Shown one piece after another: positions 16,827 through 26,405 of a stretch of 35,143 nt of DNA (positions within the stretch are counted from its first letter, which is position 1; each line of letters opens with the position of its first letter). The stretch is taken from the NCBI GenBank assembly GCA_043803745.1, contig JAZDJS010000051.1, forward strand, positions 1-35,143. Direction: 5' to 3'. This DNA comes from an archaeon. GTDB lineage: Archaea > SpSt-1190 > DYHY01. The notes below the pieces were generated by a model that saw nothing but the letters and a program-made list of their open reading frames with translations, made no database searches and was not told the origin of the DNA. A program made the position numbers and the translations under genes.

Positions 16827-18731
16827 TCACCGCAGCCGTATCGCTTCCAAGTTCCTCGGAGCGACCGTCTCGATCCTGAACGCCTTGTGTATCGAGCGCA
16901 TCAGGTCGGCGCACTTGGAGTTCTCCCCGTGCTGGACAACGACCAGGCCCGGCCTGCTCCGCATGTCGCCTATGAAATTCATCAGCTGGTTCCGGTCCGA
17001 GTGGGCTGAAAAGCCGTCGACAGTGTGTACCGAGAGCTTGACAGGGATGCCCTCCTTCCTCGTTCCGCCCATCGATGGGACCGGCAGAATCGGCATGCCC
17101 CGCTGTATTTTCTTCCCAAGGGAGCCCTCTCCCTGGTAGTTTATGAAGAGGATTGCGTTGAGCTCGCTGTCCGCAAGGTTCTTCAGGTATTCCACCGAGG
17201 GACCGCCCGTGAGCATCCCGCTCGTTGCCATTATCACGCAAGGGGGCCCGGTAAGGACTGCTTCCCGTTCCTTCTTGCCCGCAACACGGCTGAAAACCTT
17301 CGACATAAGGGGGTTTTCCTCCTTTGAAAGTATCTGGTTCCGTATCTTCTCCGAAAGGAACTCCGGATATGTTGTGTAGATTGCGGTTGCGTCCCACATC
17401 ATCCCGTCAAGGTAGACCGGGAACTGCGGAAGAGTTCCCTTCTTGACGAGCTCGTCAATCAGGAGCATTATTTCCTGGGATCTTCCGACCCCCAGGACCG
17501 GAATCAGGAGTTTGCCTCCCCGTTCGATTGTTTCCTTTATAATTCGCGCAACCTCGTCTTCCGCGGCTGCAATCGGGGGTTGGATATCCCCGGCCGCCCC
17601 GTATGTTGCCTCAATTACAAGGGCTTCGCACCGGGGGAACTGGTTCCATGCGGAGTCGAGGAGCCGGGTCTTTGCATATTTGATGTCGCCGGTGTAAACA
17701 AGGTTGTATACCCCGTCGCCAATATGTATGTGCGTGACAGCCGAGCCGATTATGTGCCCCGCTTCGTAGAAGGTTATCCTGACGTCCGGAGTAATGTCTG
17801 TGACTTCCCCGTAATCAAGGGTTATCGTATGGAGCATTTCCTCGTGTATGTCGGACGACGAGTAAGCGGGCTTCTTGCCCTCGCTCTGCGCAATGTCAAT
17901 CGAGTCGAGCTGGAGGAGCGCCATCAGGGCGCGGGTCGGCGCGGTGCAGTAGACGGGCCCCCTGAAGCCGTACTTGAAAAGGAGGGGAATCAGACCCGAG
18001 TGGTCGAGGTGCGCGTGGGAAAGGACGACCGCGTCAAGCTTCGTTATGTCAAAGTCCGGCGCGTCAAGATAGGGGAACGAATTGTCGTCCCCTCCGGCAA
18101 CGTTTATCCCGCAGTCGAAAATGACCCTGCTTTCAGGCGTCTGGAGGAGGATGCAGCTCCGTCCAACCTCGCGGAAACCGCCGAAGGAGGAAAGGCGCAC
18201 CCAGGCGGGGGGTTTCGTCCCGGTGTAAATCCGGTTCCCGACCCTGTTGAGGAAGGTCGCTCGTTCCTTCGAGCGCTTGATCAGGATTTTCCGTATTGTC
18301 GATACGATGTCGCTCTTCAACGGAGGCGTCCTGAATATCTCGGGGGTCCAGAATGTCTCCTCCTTTATTTTCGCAAGGCCCTCGCCAGCCTTTCCGACAA
18401 TCACGGCGGGCCTTTCCGCCTCGATGAGGACCTTCGAGCCGCCGGAATCGAACTCAATCGAGCTTATCTCAGCCTCGCTGAAAAGCTCCCTGATTTTCTC
18501 CTCAGCGGGCTCAAGCTTCATCACAAGGGATGAATCGGCGCGAACGTCAATCCGCTTTTTGACCTCCTTGGCTATTTTCTTCACCAGGTCCGTAGAGCCC
18601 GTCACGAACTTCGGGTTGGCTGAAAAGAGGACAACGTTGGCTCCCTCGAACCTCTGGTCAGTTAACTTCGCATCCTTCGGAAGGCTCTGTTTTATCTTCG
18701 CGAACAGCTCATCCTTCGTAATCATCGGCAT
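16827..18731 (-). CDS. fttA: Beta-CASP ribonuclease aCPSF1 / transcription termination factor FttA
   Basis: N-terminal KH domains. GGFREVGRS, HAHLDH, AGHIIG, YTGD, GRSQE, TSGMLTGGP and FSAHSD motifs. Lies downstream of psmB, as is usual in archaea. Confidence 0.95.
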   Translation of the reverse strand: MPMITKDELFAKIKQSLPKDAKLTDQRFEGANVVLFSANPKFVTGSTDLVKKIAKEVKKRIDVRADSSLVMKLEPAEEKIRELFSEAEISSIEFDSGGSKVLIEAERPAVIVGKAGEGLAKIKEETFWTPEIFRTPPLKSDIVSTIRKILIKRSKERATFLNRVGNRIYTGTKPPAWVRLSSFGGFREVGRSCILLQTPESRVIFDCGINVAGGDDNSFPYLDAPDFDITKLDAVVLSHAHLDHSGLIPLLFKYGFRGPVYCTAPTRALMALLQLDSIDIAQSEGKKPAYSSSDIHEEMLHTITLDYGEVTDITPDVRITFYEAGHIIGSAVTHIHIGDGVYNLVYTGDIKYAKTRLLDSAWNQFPRCEALVIEATYGAAGDIQPPIAAAEDEVARIIKETIERGGKLLIPVLGVGRSQEIMLLIDELVKKGTLPQFPVYLDGMMWDATAIYTTYPEFLSEKIRNQILSKEENPLMSKVFSRVAGKKEREAVLTGPPCVIMATSGMLTGGPSVEYLKNLADSELNAILFINYQGEGSLGKKIQRGMPILPVPSMGGTRKEGIPVKLSVHTVDGFSAHSDRNQLMNFIGDMRSRPGLVVVQHGENSKCADLMRSIHKAFRIETVAPRNLEAIRLR

Positions 18732-18763
18732 TTTCGGTTTCCTCCTTCACTTCATCTCATTCA

Positions 18764-18843
18764 TTCTAGGTTCAGACTTCGCTTGGCGCTCAGCCGTTCC
18801 GTTTGTTTAGTTCTAGGTTCAGACCTCGGCATCCGCCTCAGCC
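18764..18843. repeat. Two-copy direct repeat with hairpin (47-bp period)
   Basis: TTCTAGGTTCAGAC at 18764 and 18811, each followed by YTCG-N-CTCAGCC. Confidence 0.75.
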
Positions 18844-19000
18844 TCACTTTATTTCAGTCACGGGTATCAGTTTCAGATTTTCCAGACAGTCTGAGCGAGC
18901 CAGACCCGTTTGTCCCGCGTGCGCTCTCTCACACAGAGCATCGGCAGCAAAGCGGTTTCTTCCGGGCCAAGTTGTCGGTCCGGTCCTTTCCATTCCCTCG

Positions 19001-19660
19001 TCAGTTCTTCTCAATCAGCTTCTTTACTTCTTCCTGGGAAGATTCTCGAAGGCCGTCCTTTGTAATAGTGATTATGTTGAAGCCGACCCCGCCTGTGTAC
19101 AGGTCCCGTTCCCTGGCCGCCTTGAGCGCCTTGACCGCGACGTTCGCCGCTTCGGAAACAGTCATTCCCTCCTTGAAAAGGGAATCGAGGACGCCTAGCG
19201 CAATCGGTCCGCCGGAGCCGGTTACGAAAACCTTTTCGCCGGTAACCATCCCCCCAATCGGGTCGATTGAGTAGAGTGCTGGCTCTTCGTCATAGCCGGC
19301 AACGAGAATCATAACTAGATACGGGTAGAACTTGCTTCCCTGGAGGATGTTGGAGAGGAGGGTTCCGAGGGATTTGGTTGTCATTTCGCTCCCGCGGGTT
19401 TCCTGCAGGGACGCTTCCGCCCGGAGAAGCCTTGTAAGGTATTGCAGGTCGCCGACCGAACCGGCGGTCGTTATCGCGGTTTTCTTGTTTATCTGGAAGA
19501 CTTTCGTTTCATACCTATTTTCAATATAGCTGGAAGTCGCCTTCTTGTCAGCCGCAAGAAGCACCCCGTCGGAGCATACCAGCCCGACTGTCGTTGTCCC
19601 TTTGCGGGCGGTTTTCATCGCGGTTTCCGTGATTTCAAGCGAATTCATAATTCCAGCCAT
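19001..19660 (-). CDS. psmB: Proteasome subunit beta
   Basis: Propeptide ends KG|TTTVG. Motifs ADKKAT, AGSVGD, DPIG, TGSG and RDLYTGG. AGGTGA RBS upstream. Confidence 0.96.
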   Translation of the reverse strand: MAGIMNSLEITETAMKTARKGTTTVGLVCSDGVLLAADKKATSSYIENRYETKVFQINKKTAITTAGSVGDLQYLTRLLRAEASLQETRGSEMTTKSLGTLLSNILQGSKFYPYLVMILVAGYDEEPALYSIDPIGGMVTGEKVFVTGSGGPIALGVLDSLFKEGMTVSEAANVAVKALKAARERDLYTGGVGFNIITITKDGLRESSQEEVKKLIEKN

Positions 19661-19824
19661 TTCTCCATTTCACCTTTCCATGTCGTTGTTATTGCAGATA
19701 CCAAGAACAGTTCTAAGGGGTTTGGACGGTTTTTAAAGCTTTCCCGGGGCTTCCCGAAAGGTTCCCTGAAGGGTTCCCCGATGGATTCTCAGGTCCCTTG
19801 GGAATACAAATCGGGACCCCTTAC

Positions 19825-20049
19825 CTAGAACGGTATTTCGAAGGAATAGACGCCCGCTTTCTGGTCCTTGTATGCGAAGCATGGCGAGTGCAGGGCTGCC
19901 GCGGCGCTACTGGCGAATTTTTCAGCTTCGGGAAGACTCATTTCCTTTCTCGGTCCAGAAACGCCCGCACCGCAAGAATCTATCCTGAGCTCCATTGAAT
20001 ATTCGCCGAAAGGTTCCTGATAGTGCCCTATGCGCACCCGCCAAAGCAT
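19825..20049 (-). CDS. Small hypothetical protein
   Basis: 74-aa ORF in the gap with TTTATA about 24 nt upstream (20078-20073). No recognisable motif. Confidence 0.35.
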   Translation of the reverse strand: MLWRVRIGHYQEPFGEYSMELRIDSCGAGVSGPRKEMSLPEAEKFASSAAAALHSPCFAYKDQKAGVYSFEIPF

Positions 20050-20133
20050 CGGGAGGCCTCGCCTAGCCCGGATATAAATCCTGCTGTTCTTCTGGGAAAG
20101 AAATATAAACCATTATCCAGTAATCAATCAATA

Positions 20134-21007
20134 ATGCCTTTTACAACTTCGCGAAAAGAGGCGAAGGACTTCCTGAGGCGCCTTGCCCGGGAAGGAAACC
20201 CCCCAAGAATCTGGATTGGGGCCGACCCTTCGGGCGACGTGCATCTTGGCCATTACACGACAATGCTTTACGGATTCACGGCAGCTGCGGAGTTTGCGGA
20301 GGAGACCGGAACGCCGGTCGATTTCATCCTTGCCCTGAACGACCAAGAAGTCTCCGACCCGCGCGATGGGGAAAATCTCGTTCGGGATGCTTGCTTCCAA
20401 GGTCGCTGGATATTTGGAGGAGAAATACAGGATTCCCGATTTTTCCGGGATAAGGACATATAATCAAAGCGAAATGTTCCTCAATCCGGATTTCCGGGAA
20501 CTTGTTGCGGAAACCGAAGAAATAGTAACCCCTGTTTGCAAGCGGAAGCATGAAGCAAAACAGTATTCCGGGCTTTCCGGGAGAGAACTTGCCGCGAAGG
20601 GGAGGCTCAAATACGAGTGCCAAACCTGCTATTCCGAAGGGACCGATCCGGAAAACTCGTTTGACCTCCTCGGGGGAATAGGGAAATTCGAAATTCCTGG
20701 AGGGCACCCGAAACTAATGTTCTTTCGGGACAAGCACCTTGCCCCGGGAATCCACCTCATTGGCAGGGACTGGGATGATTGGCGTTCGGATTTCCAGAGG
20801 CTCCTTGCGGGCTACGACGTCCTCCTCCTTTTCGCCCCGGAAATACTTGGTACTGACGGGCACAAGATGAGTAAGAGCGAGAGGAACGGGTCCGACCCGC
20901 TACAGCTTTCAGCAGAGCGCACATATGACCTCTGCAGGCTGCTTGAAGAGGAACCGAAGGAAATCCCTTACTCGACTTGGAAAAATTTCGCCCCGGTAAG
21001 GGACTAG
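20134..21007 (+). pseudogene. Frameshifted class I aminoacyl-tRNA-synthetase-like catalytic domain (LysRS1- or class Ic-like)
   Basis: One frame has GADPSGDVHLGH (HIGH motif). The +1 frame has NQSE, CQTC, GRDW and KMSKSERN. Removing one base at GGGGAAAA (20368-20375) joins them. TATA box at 20103-20109. Confidence 0.7.
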
Positions 21008-21046
21008 CTAGGGAACAGTTAAAAATCTCCCTGAAGGGCCCTTGCA

Positions 21047-22495
21047 ATGTCGGAGGAAGAGGGCATCAAATTCAAGAAATCCGAGAACCTTTCAGAATGG
21101 TTCATTGAGGTTGTCCGGAAGGGGGAGTTCGCAGACTATTCCGCGGTGAAGGGCTGCATGGTCGTGAAGCCGAACGGATATTTCATCTGGCAGAAAATCC
21201 AGGATTATTTCAACTCCCTGATAATTTCGGACGGCGTCAGGAACGCATATTTCCCCCTGCTAATCCCGGAATCACTTTTGAAAAAGGAAGCAGCCCATTT
21301 CGAGGGGTTCACTCCCGAGGTTGCCTGGGTCGGAGGGAAAACCGATGAGGACGGGAGCGAGCGGCTTGCAATCCGCCCGACAAGCGAGACAATAATCTGC
21401 TCGGAGGTCGCAGGCTGGGTGCGGAGCCACAGGGATTTGCCGATCAGGCTGAACCAATGGTGTTCGGTTGTCCGCTGGGAAACGAAAACAACGCGCCTTT
21501 TCCTCCGGACGCGCGAATTCCTCTGGCAGGAGGGTCATACTTTCTGGGCTGACAAGGCTGGCGCGGAGGAAGAGGTCCTTAGAATCCTAGAATTCTACAA
21601 GCGGGTTGCCGAGGAGCTTCTCGCAGTCCCGGTCCTGAAGGGGATAAAGACCGACGCCGAGAAATTCGCCGGAGCAGTTTACACAACCACAATCGAGGCA
21701 ATGATGCCTGACGGGAAAGCGCTCCAGTATGGGACAAGCCACTATCTCGGCCAGGAGTTCTCACGGGCTTTCGGAGTGAAATTCCTTGACGAGAAAAACC
21801 GCGAGCAGTTCGCCCATTACAACACATGGGGGTTCTCAACCCGCCAGATCGGCGCGCTCCTGATGCTGCACGGGGATGACAAGGGTGCGGTAATCCCGCC
21901 GCTTGTCGCGGAAACCCAGGCCGTCGTTATTCCAATCTACTTCAAAGAAGCCCAAAAAGAGGAGGTCCTCTCCTTCGCAAGGTCGGTGCACAAGAACCTC
22001 CTTGGCGCGGGAGTTCGCGCGAAAATCGACGAGAGCAGCGACAAGACTCCGGGCTGGAAATTCAACCAGTACGAGCTTGTCGGGGTTCCAGTGAGAGCCG
22101 AGGTTGGTCCGCGGGATGTTGAGAAGAGGCAGGTTGTCGTCGTCCGGCGCGACACTGGCGAAAAGAGCGCGGTCCCTGCGATAAGCATCACAGACGAAAT
22201 ACCCGCGCTCCTTGGGAAAATCCAGGCTGAAATGCTTTCTCGCGCGAAAGCGCGCCTTGCTGAAATGACAATCGAAGCGAAAACGCCCGAGGAACTCCGG
22301 GAGGCAATCGGAAAGCAGAATGGTTTCGTAGTCTCCCCCTGGTGCGGGGAAGCTGACTGCGAAAAGAAGTTCAACGAGGAAACCGGCGGGACAATAAGGT
22401 TCCTTCCGCTTGACGGCGCGCAAGAAGCAACCGGAAAGTGCCTTGCCTGCGGCTCGCCCGCCAAGAAGATAGCATATTACGCAAGGGCATATTGA
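21047..22495 (+). CDS. proS: Proline--tRNA ligase (archaeal/eukaryote type)
   Basis: RPTSET, HRDLP, RWE...FLRTREFLWQEGHT, EKFAGA, GTSHYLGQ, anticodon-binding domain, C-terminal Zn domain ending ARAY. Confidence 0.97.
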   Translation: MSEEEGIKFKKSENLSEWFIEVVRKGEFADYSAVKGCMVVKPNGYFIWQKIQDYFNSLIISDGVRNAYFPLLIPESLLKKEAAHFEGFTPEVAWVGGKTDEDGSERLAIRPTSETIICSEVAGWVRSHRDLPIRLNQWCSVVRWETKTTRLFLRTREFLWQEGHTFWADKAGAEEEVLRILEFYKRVAEELLAVPVLKGIKTDAEKFAGAVYTTTIEAMMPDGKALQYGTSHYLGQEFSRAFGVKFLDEKNREQFAHYNTWGFSTRQIGALLMLHGDDKGAVIPPLVAETQAVVIPIYFKEAQKEEVLSFARSVHKNLLGAGVRAKIDESSDKTPGWKFNQYELVGVPVRAEVGPRDVEKRQVVVVRRDTGEKSAVPAISITDEIPALLGKIQAEMLSRAKARLAEMTIEAKTPEELREAIGKQNGFVVSPWCGEADCEKKFNEETGGTIRFLPLDGAQEATGKCLACGSPAKKIAYYARAY

Positions 22496-22496
22496 A

Positions 22497-23396
22497 ATGG
22501 TCGGACCCAAGGCGGTTGTCGCAGGAGTAGTAGGGATTGACTGCATTGAAACCCCCTCAGGCAGGGCGAGGAACGTCCCGGGAGGACCCGCCCTTTACGC
22601 CGGGATTGCGTCCGGCCTTTTCGCTCCTACCGGAATTGTATCCGTTGTTGGAAGGGATTTCACACACTGGAACTGTTTCAAGGGATGCGATGTTTCCGGG
22701 ATTGAAACAAGGCCCGGAAAAACCTTCCGATGGGAAGGCAGATATTCCGGCTCAATGAACGAGGCCAAAACCCTGAGGACCGACCTGAACGTTTCGGAGA
22801 AGTTCCACCCGGAAATCCCGGAAAGCTATGCGCGCGCAAAATTCATTTTCCTTGCCAACGCCGACCCGGCAAGCCAGATGGAAATCCTAAAGCAGTTCGG
22901 GAAACCCGCGTTTACGGCCCTTGACACGATGAACTACTGGATTTCCAAGAAAAGGCGACCCCTTCTCCGGGCGATTTCAATGGTGGACTGCCTTCTGCTT
23001 AACGAGGGGGAAGCCCGGATGCTCACCAAAAAGGAAAGCCTCATTTCGGCTGCGGAAAGCCTCTCCGCCAAGGGACCGGAATACGTGGTAATAAAGAAAG
23101 GCGAGCACGGCGCACTCCTCTTCTGCGAAAGGGAGGGGCATTTCTTCTCCCCAAGCTATCCGATTTCGCGCCTGATTGACCCGACCGGGGCTGGGGATTC
23201 ATTCGGCGGCGCGCTCACGGGGTTCCTTGCTTCGAGGGGAAAGGTGACAGAAGCGCTCCTGAGGAAAGGGGTTGTCTACGCAAGCTCCGTTGCAAGCTTC
23301 ACCGTTTCCGGATTCGGGGCAGACCCATTGACAAAGCTCACCAAAGCGAAGGTCGAAGCCCGCTTCAACAGGTTTAGGAAGCTCGTAAGGTTCTGA
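22497..23396 (+). CDS. PfkB/ribokinase-family kinase (nucleoside or sugar kinase)
   Basis: GG near the N-terminus, DTMNYWI, N..EA, KKGEHG and DPTGAGDSFGG. Confidence 0.93.
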   Translation: MVGPKAVVAGVVGIDCIETPSGRARNVPGGPALYAGIASGLFAPTGIVSVVGRDFTHWNCFKGCDVSGIETRPGKTFRWEGRYSGSMNEAKTLRTDLNVSEKFHPEIPESYARAKFIFLANADPASQMEILKQFGKPAFTALDTMNYWISKKRRPLLRAISMVDCLLLNEGEARMLTKKESLISAAESLSAKGPEYVVIKKGEHGALLFCEREGHFFSPSYPISRLIDPTGAGDSFGGALTGFLASRGKVTEALLRKGVVYASSVASFTVSGFGADPLTKLTKAKVEARFNRFRKLVRF

Positions 23397-23405
23397 TTCG
23401 AGGAA

Positions 23406-25145
23406 TCAAACGCTTGCGCTCTTCCTGATTTCCTCAACCCTCTTCGCAGCTTCCTTGCGCGCCAGATTGGAAAGCCTGAAGAGCCCGTAGCCCTCCTTCT
23501 TGAAGCTTGAGAGCGCTTCACCCCAGATTGTTGCCCTCTTCGCAGTTTCGAAATCAAGCCTGCCCTTTGCGGCAAGATATCCCGAGAAAGCCCCGCCGAA
23601 AACCTCCCAAGCGCCCGACGGGTCGACGGGCTTCTGCACCGGATATGCCGGGGAGAAGAATTTCCCGTCCTTCTTCGAGTAGAGCATTGTCCCGTGATCC
23701 GCCTGCTTGACAACAACAAGCCTCGGCCCAAGGGCGGAAAGCTTCTCGACCGCTTTCGAAAGGTTCCTCTCCCTGGAGAGTTTCCTTGCTTCCTTCTCAG
23801 TCAGGAGAAGCGCATCCGCTTTCGAGGCAACAGCCTCGACAAGCCCCCTCCTTTTCGTCAGCCACTGGCTCGAAATCTGCAGGACCGTGAATTTCGGCCT
23901 TGCTTTCAAAAGCCCGAGGAATTCGCTCTGCTTTTCCGGAGAGGAATTCCCAAGGAACAGCACCTTCGCCCGCCTGTTGAAAATCTTTGTCGGAGCCGCC
24001 CGCTCCTCAGCTGCGTTGAGCCTTACCGAGGGCGCAAGGGCTGCGGAAGACGACTTGGAATGCTTCCAAAGGGTTACTGCAGAGGGCCGCTCCTCGCTTG
24101 CCCTGAGCGCGCTCTTTTCAATCCCCCGGAGCTCTTCCGGAATGGAATAATCCTTCCCGACCGAACCTGCAACGCTTGTTGCCCTGCCGAAGAAAAATGC
24201 GCCAATCGAAGAATATGCCCCGGGCCCTGCGGAAATCTCCCGCTCCTCGCCTGAAACGTTCCTGACCTTGTCAACCCCGAAAACCCCGAAAACCCCGACA
24301 GGCAGGCGCCGGGAGGATTTCCGTTTTTTGGCCAGAGTTTTCAGAACATTCGGGTTTCTTCTCACCCGTTTTTTCTTTTTGGCGGGAACCGCTTTCGGTT
24401 TCTTCCTCACCGCAATCTTTTTCGACGGAAGATAGACCGAGGGACCTGCGATGAAAACGTTTTTCCGCTTTCCCCTTTTCGAGCGTTTTTTCTGGACCTG
24501 GGGGACGACGGGAGCCTGCTCTTTTTCCGGATTCGTTATGTTGACAGTAACATTCACCGGCTGGGCTTTTTCCTCCGGCGAAGGAGGGCGCACATTCAAG
24601 TCCCTTTCCTTCGGGGGGAGCTCGATAACAGTGAACTTGTGCTTTTCCTCCGGCTCGTCGGCAACGACGCGCACCTTGTATTTCCTCGCATATTCAAGGA
24701 GCTCGAGAGAGTTGAACCTCCTCGTATCAAGCTCGGGATACCAGCGGTAAAGCGTTCCCGGGGAATGGACGGTGAAAATCCTCCTCGCAGGCGGATTCGG
24801 CTGCCTCAGGTCCGTGAAGAAGGTTTCAGTCCCGGTGCAGAGGTATACGAACCTGAGCGGCTCCTCATGATTGGGCGTTGCGGCAAGGAACTCGGAATAT
24901 TTCGAAAAGGAGAGGACGTCAGCCTCGGTTTCCCCGGCAATCACAAGGCCTATTGGAAAGCCCTTCACGAACAGAAGATAGTCGGCAGTTCCGCTTTTCA
25001 ACGGAACCTCCCTTACCGCAACCCCGATCTGCGAAACGAGGTCGAGGTTATCTATCGACTGAACCTGCCATCCGGAATCCCTGAGAAGCTTCTCTATCTT
25101 GTGCAGGACGGTTTTTCTCACTGCAGGAACGTTCGAGCTAACCAT
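23406..25145 (-). CDS. Fusion of a degenerate type I restriction HsdR N-terminal nuclease-like domain, a Lys/Arg-rich linker and a degenerate PfkB domain
   Basis: LL..SGW.VQ...GVAVRE.PL..G.ADYLLFV matches EcoEI/EcoAI-like HsdR N-termini, but EAK is replaced by IAG. The PfkB signature reads DPSGAWEVFGG. Confidence 0.8.
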   Translation of the reverse strand: MVSSNVPAVRKTVLHKIEKLLRDSGWQVQSIDNLDLVSQIGVAVREVPLKSGTADYLLFVKGFPIGLVIAGETEADVLSFSKYSEFLAATPNHEEPLRFVYLCTGTETFFTDLRQPNPPARRIFTVHSPGTLYRWYPELDTRRFNSLELLEYARKYKVRVVADEPEEKHKFTVIELPPKERDLNVRPPSPEEKAQPVNVTVNITNPEKEQAPVVPQVQKKRSKRGKRKNVFIAGPSVYLPSKKIAVRKKPKAVPAKKKKRVRRNPNVLKTLAKKRKSSRRLPVGVFGVFGVDKVRNVSGEEREISAGPGAYSSIGAFFFGRATSVAGSVGKDYSIPEELRGIEKSALRASEERPSAVTLWKHSKSSSAALAPSVRLNAAEERAAPTKIFNRRAKVLFLGNSSPEKQSEFLGLLKARPKFTVLQISSQWLTKRRGLVEAVASKADALLLTEKEARKLSRERNLSKAVEKLSALGPRLVVVKQADHGTMLYSKKDGKFFSPAYPVQKPVDPSGAWEVFGGAFSGYLAAKGRLDFETAKRATIWGEALSSFKKEGYGLFRLSNLARKEAAKRVEEIRKSASV

Positions 25146-25259
25146 TTTGCCCCAAATTCCAACCCCGCTTTATTTAGCTTCCCCTTGAAAAGGGCAATTG
25201 TCCGATTAACGGAAACCCCCCCAGAACCTTTAATAAAACCCCGGAAAGGCGGGACCGGG

Positions 25260-26405
25260 ATGAGAATAGGAATAGTCGGGGACACCCACTTCGGATTTTC
25301 CTTCGGGACCGAGAGGGCGGATGATTCCTATGAGGAGGCAAGGCGCGCAATTGCGGCAATTGTCGAGAGAAAGCCGGACCTGATAATACTACCCGGGGAT
25401 GTTTTCGATTCAGCAGTTCCGAGGCAGGAAGTTCTTGCAAAGGGCGCTGAAATACTCAGAGAGTTCTCAACAAGCCTTCCGGGGACGGGGCTGAATGCAG
25501 TTCCCGCCGGGCGCGCGCTTCCAAACGGAATCCCGATAGTCGCGATACACGGGACGCATGAGCGGAGGCCGAAGGGCTTTACGAATCCGCTGCAGGTTAT
25601 GGAAAAAGCGGGCGTGCTCGTCTACCTCCACGGGGAAACCCTGGTCCTTGAGAAGGGTCCCGAAAGAATTGCAATAACCGGAATCGGAGGGGTTCCGGAG
25701 GAATATTTTCCGGAGGTTCTGAGGAAGCTTTCCCCAAAGCCGGTCCCGGGCGCGCGCAACATTTTCCTTTTCCATCAGAACGTCACCGATTTCCTTCCGG
25801 GCCTTGTCGAGGGCGCGAGCCTTTCAATGCTCCCCCCCGGATTCGACCTTTACGTCGACGGCCACATACATTGGGGTTTCCAGGTTGCGCGCCACGGGGG
25901 CGGAAAGGTTATTTTTTCCGGCTCGACAATAACGACCCAGATACGCAAGAACGAGGCGGATGCCGGGAAGGCAGTCTGGCTTGTTGATTCGGAAACGCTC
26001 GGAATCGAACGAATCCCTTTCGAGCCGTTCAGGCGGGTTTTCCTCGCCGAGGCGGAAAGCATCAAAGATGCAGTTGAACTGCTTTTGAAAATTCCAGAAG
26101 CGCCCCGGAAGCCGCTCGTGAGGCTGAAGCTCTCTGGGAAGGAAACGGATTTCTCCCAGATAACCGGGCTCTTTTCCGAGAAATTCATTCTCTCAATTGA
26201 GCGGGTTGGCGCAGAACAGCCGCCTCAATCCGGGAAGGAGATGGCAACCCCCGAGAAAGTGGAAAGAAAGGCCGCCCAGATACTCGGCAGGCTGCTTTCC
26301 GGAAAGCTTTCCCAGGAAAGAACCGAGGAAATCTATTCCTTCCTCCTTTTGGGCAGGGAACTGGAAGCTTCGGAGGCGCTCGTTTCGGCAAATGCTCGAA
26401 ATTGA
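25260..26405 (+). CDS. mre11: DNA double-strand break repair nuclease Mre11
   Basis: GDTHFG, GDVFD, HGTHE, FHQ and GHIH motifs. ATG 25260 follows a TTTAATAA box. Overlaps the rad50 start. Confidence 0.92.
   Translation: MRIGIVGDTHFGFSFGTERADDSYEEARRAIAAIVERKPDLIILPGDVFDSAVPRQEVLAKGAEILREFSTSLPGTGLNAVPAGRALPNGIPIVAIHGTHERRPKGFTNPLQVMEKAGVLVYLHGETLVLEKGPERIAITGIGGVPEEYFPEVLRKLSPKPVPGARNIFLFHQNVTDFLPGLVEGASLSMLPPGFDLYVDGHIHWGFQVARHGGGKVIFSGSTITTQIRKNEADAGKAVWLVDSETLGIERIPFEPFRRVFLAEAESIKDAVELLLKIPEAPRKPLVRLKLSGKETDFSQITGLFSEKFILSIERVGAEQPPQSGKEMATPEKVERKAAQILGRLLSGKLSQERTEEIYSFLLLGRELEASEALVSANARN

Noticed and set aside
15095-18533. Long antisense ORFs (15095-16129, 17580-18533 and similar ones opposite proS and rad50)
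   Set aside because: These are shadow frames of well-supported genes in GC-rich DNA and contain no motifs.
24740-25145. Functional type I restriction-modification system
   Set aside because: There is no helicase domain, no hsdM or hsdS, and the catalytic residues are missing.
24639-25259. N-terminal extension of Mre11 in the ORF track (588 aa)
   Set aside because: It overlaps the opposite-strand fusion gene. Mre11 motif I begins right after ATG 25260, which has its own TATA box.
26197-26391. N-terminal extension of Rad50
   Set aside because: It lies inside mre11. The typical Rad50 start MLEIESVRLHNWRSH begins at 26392.
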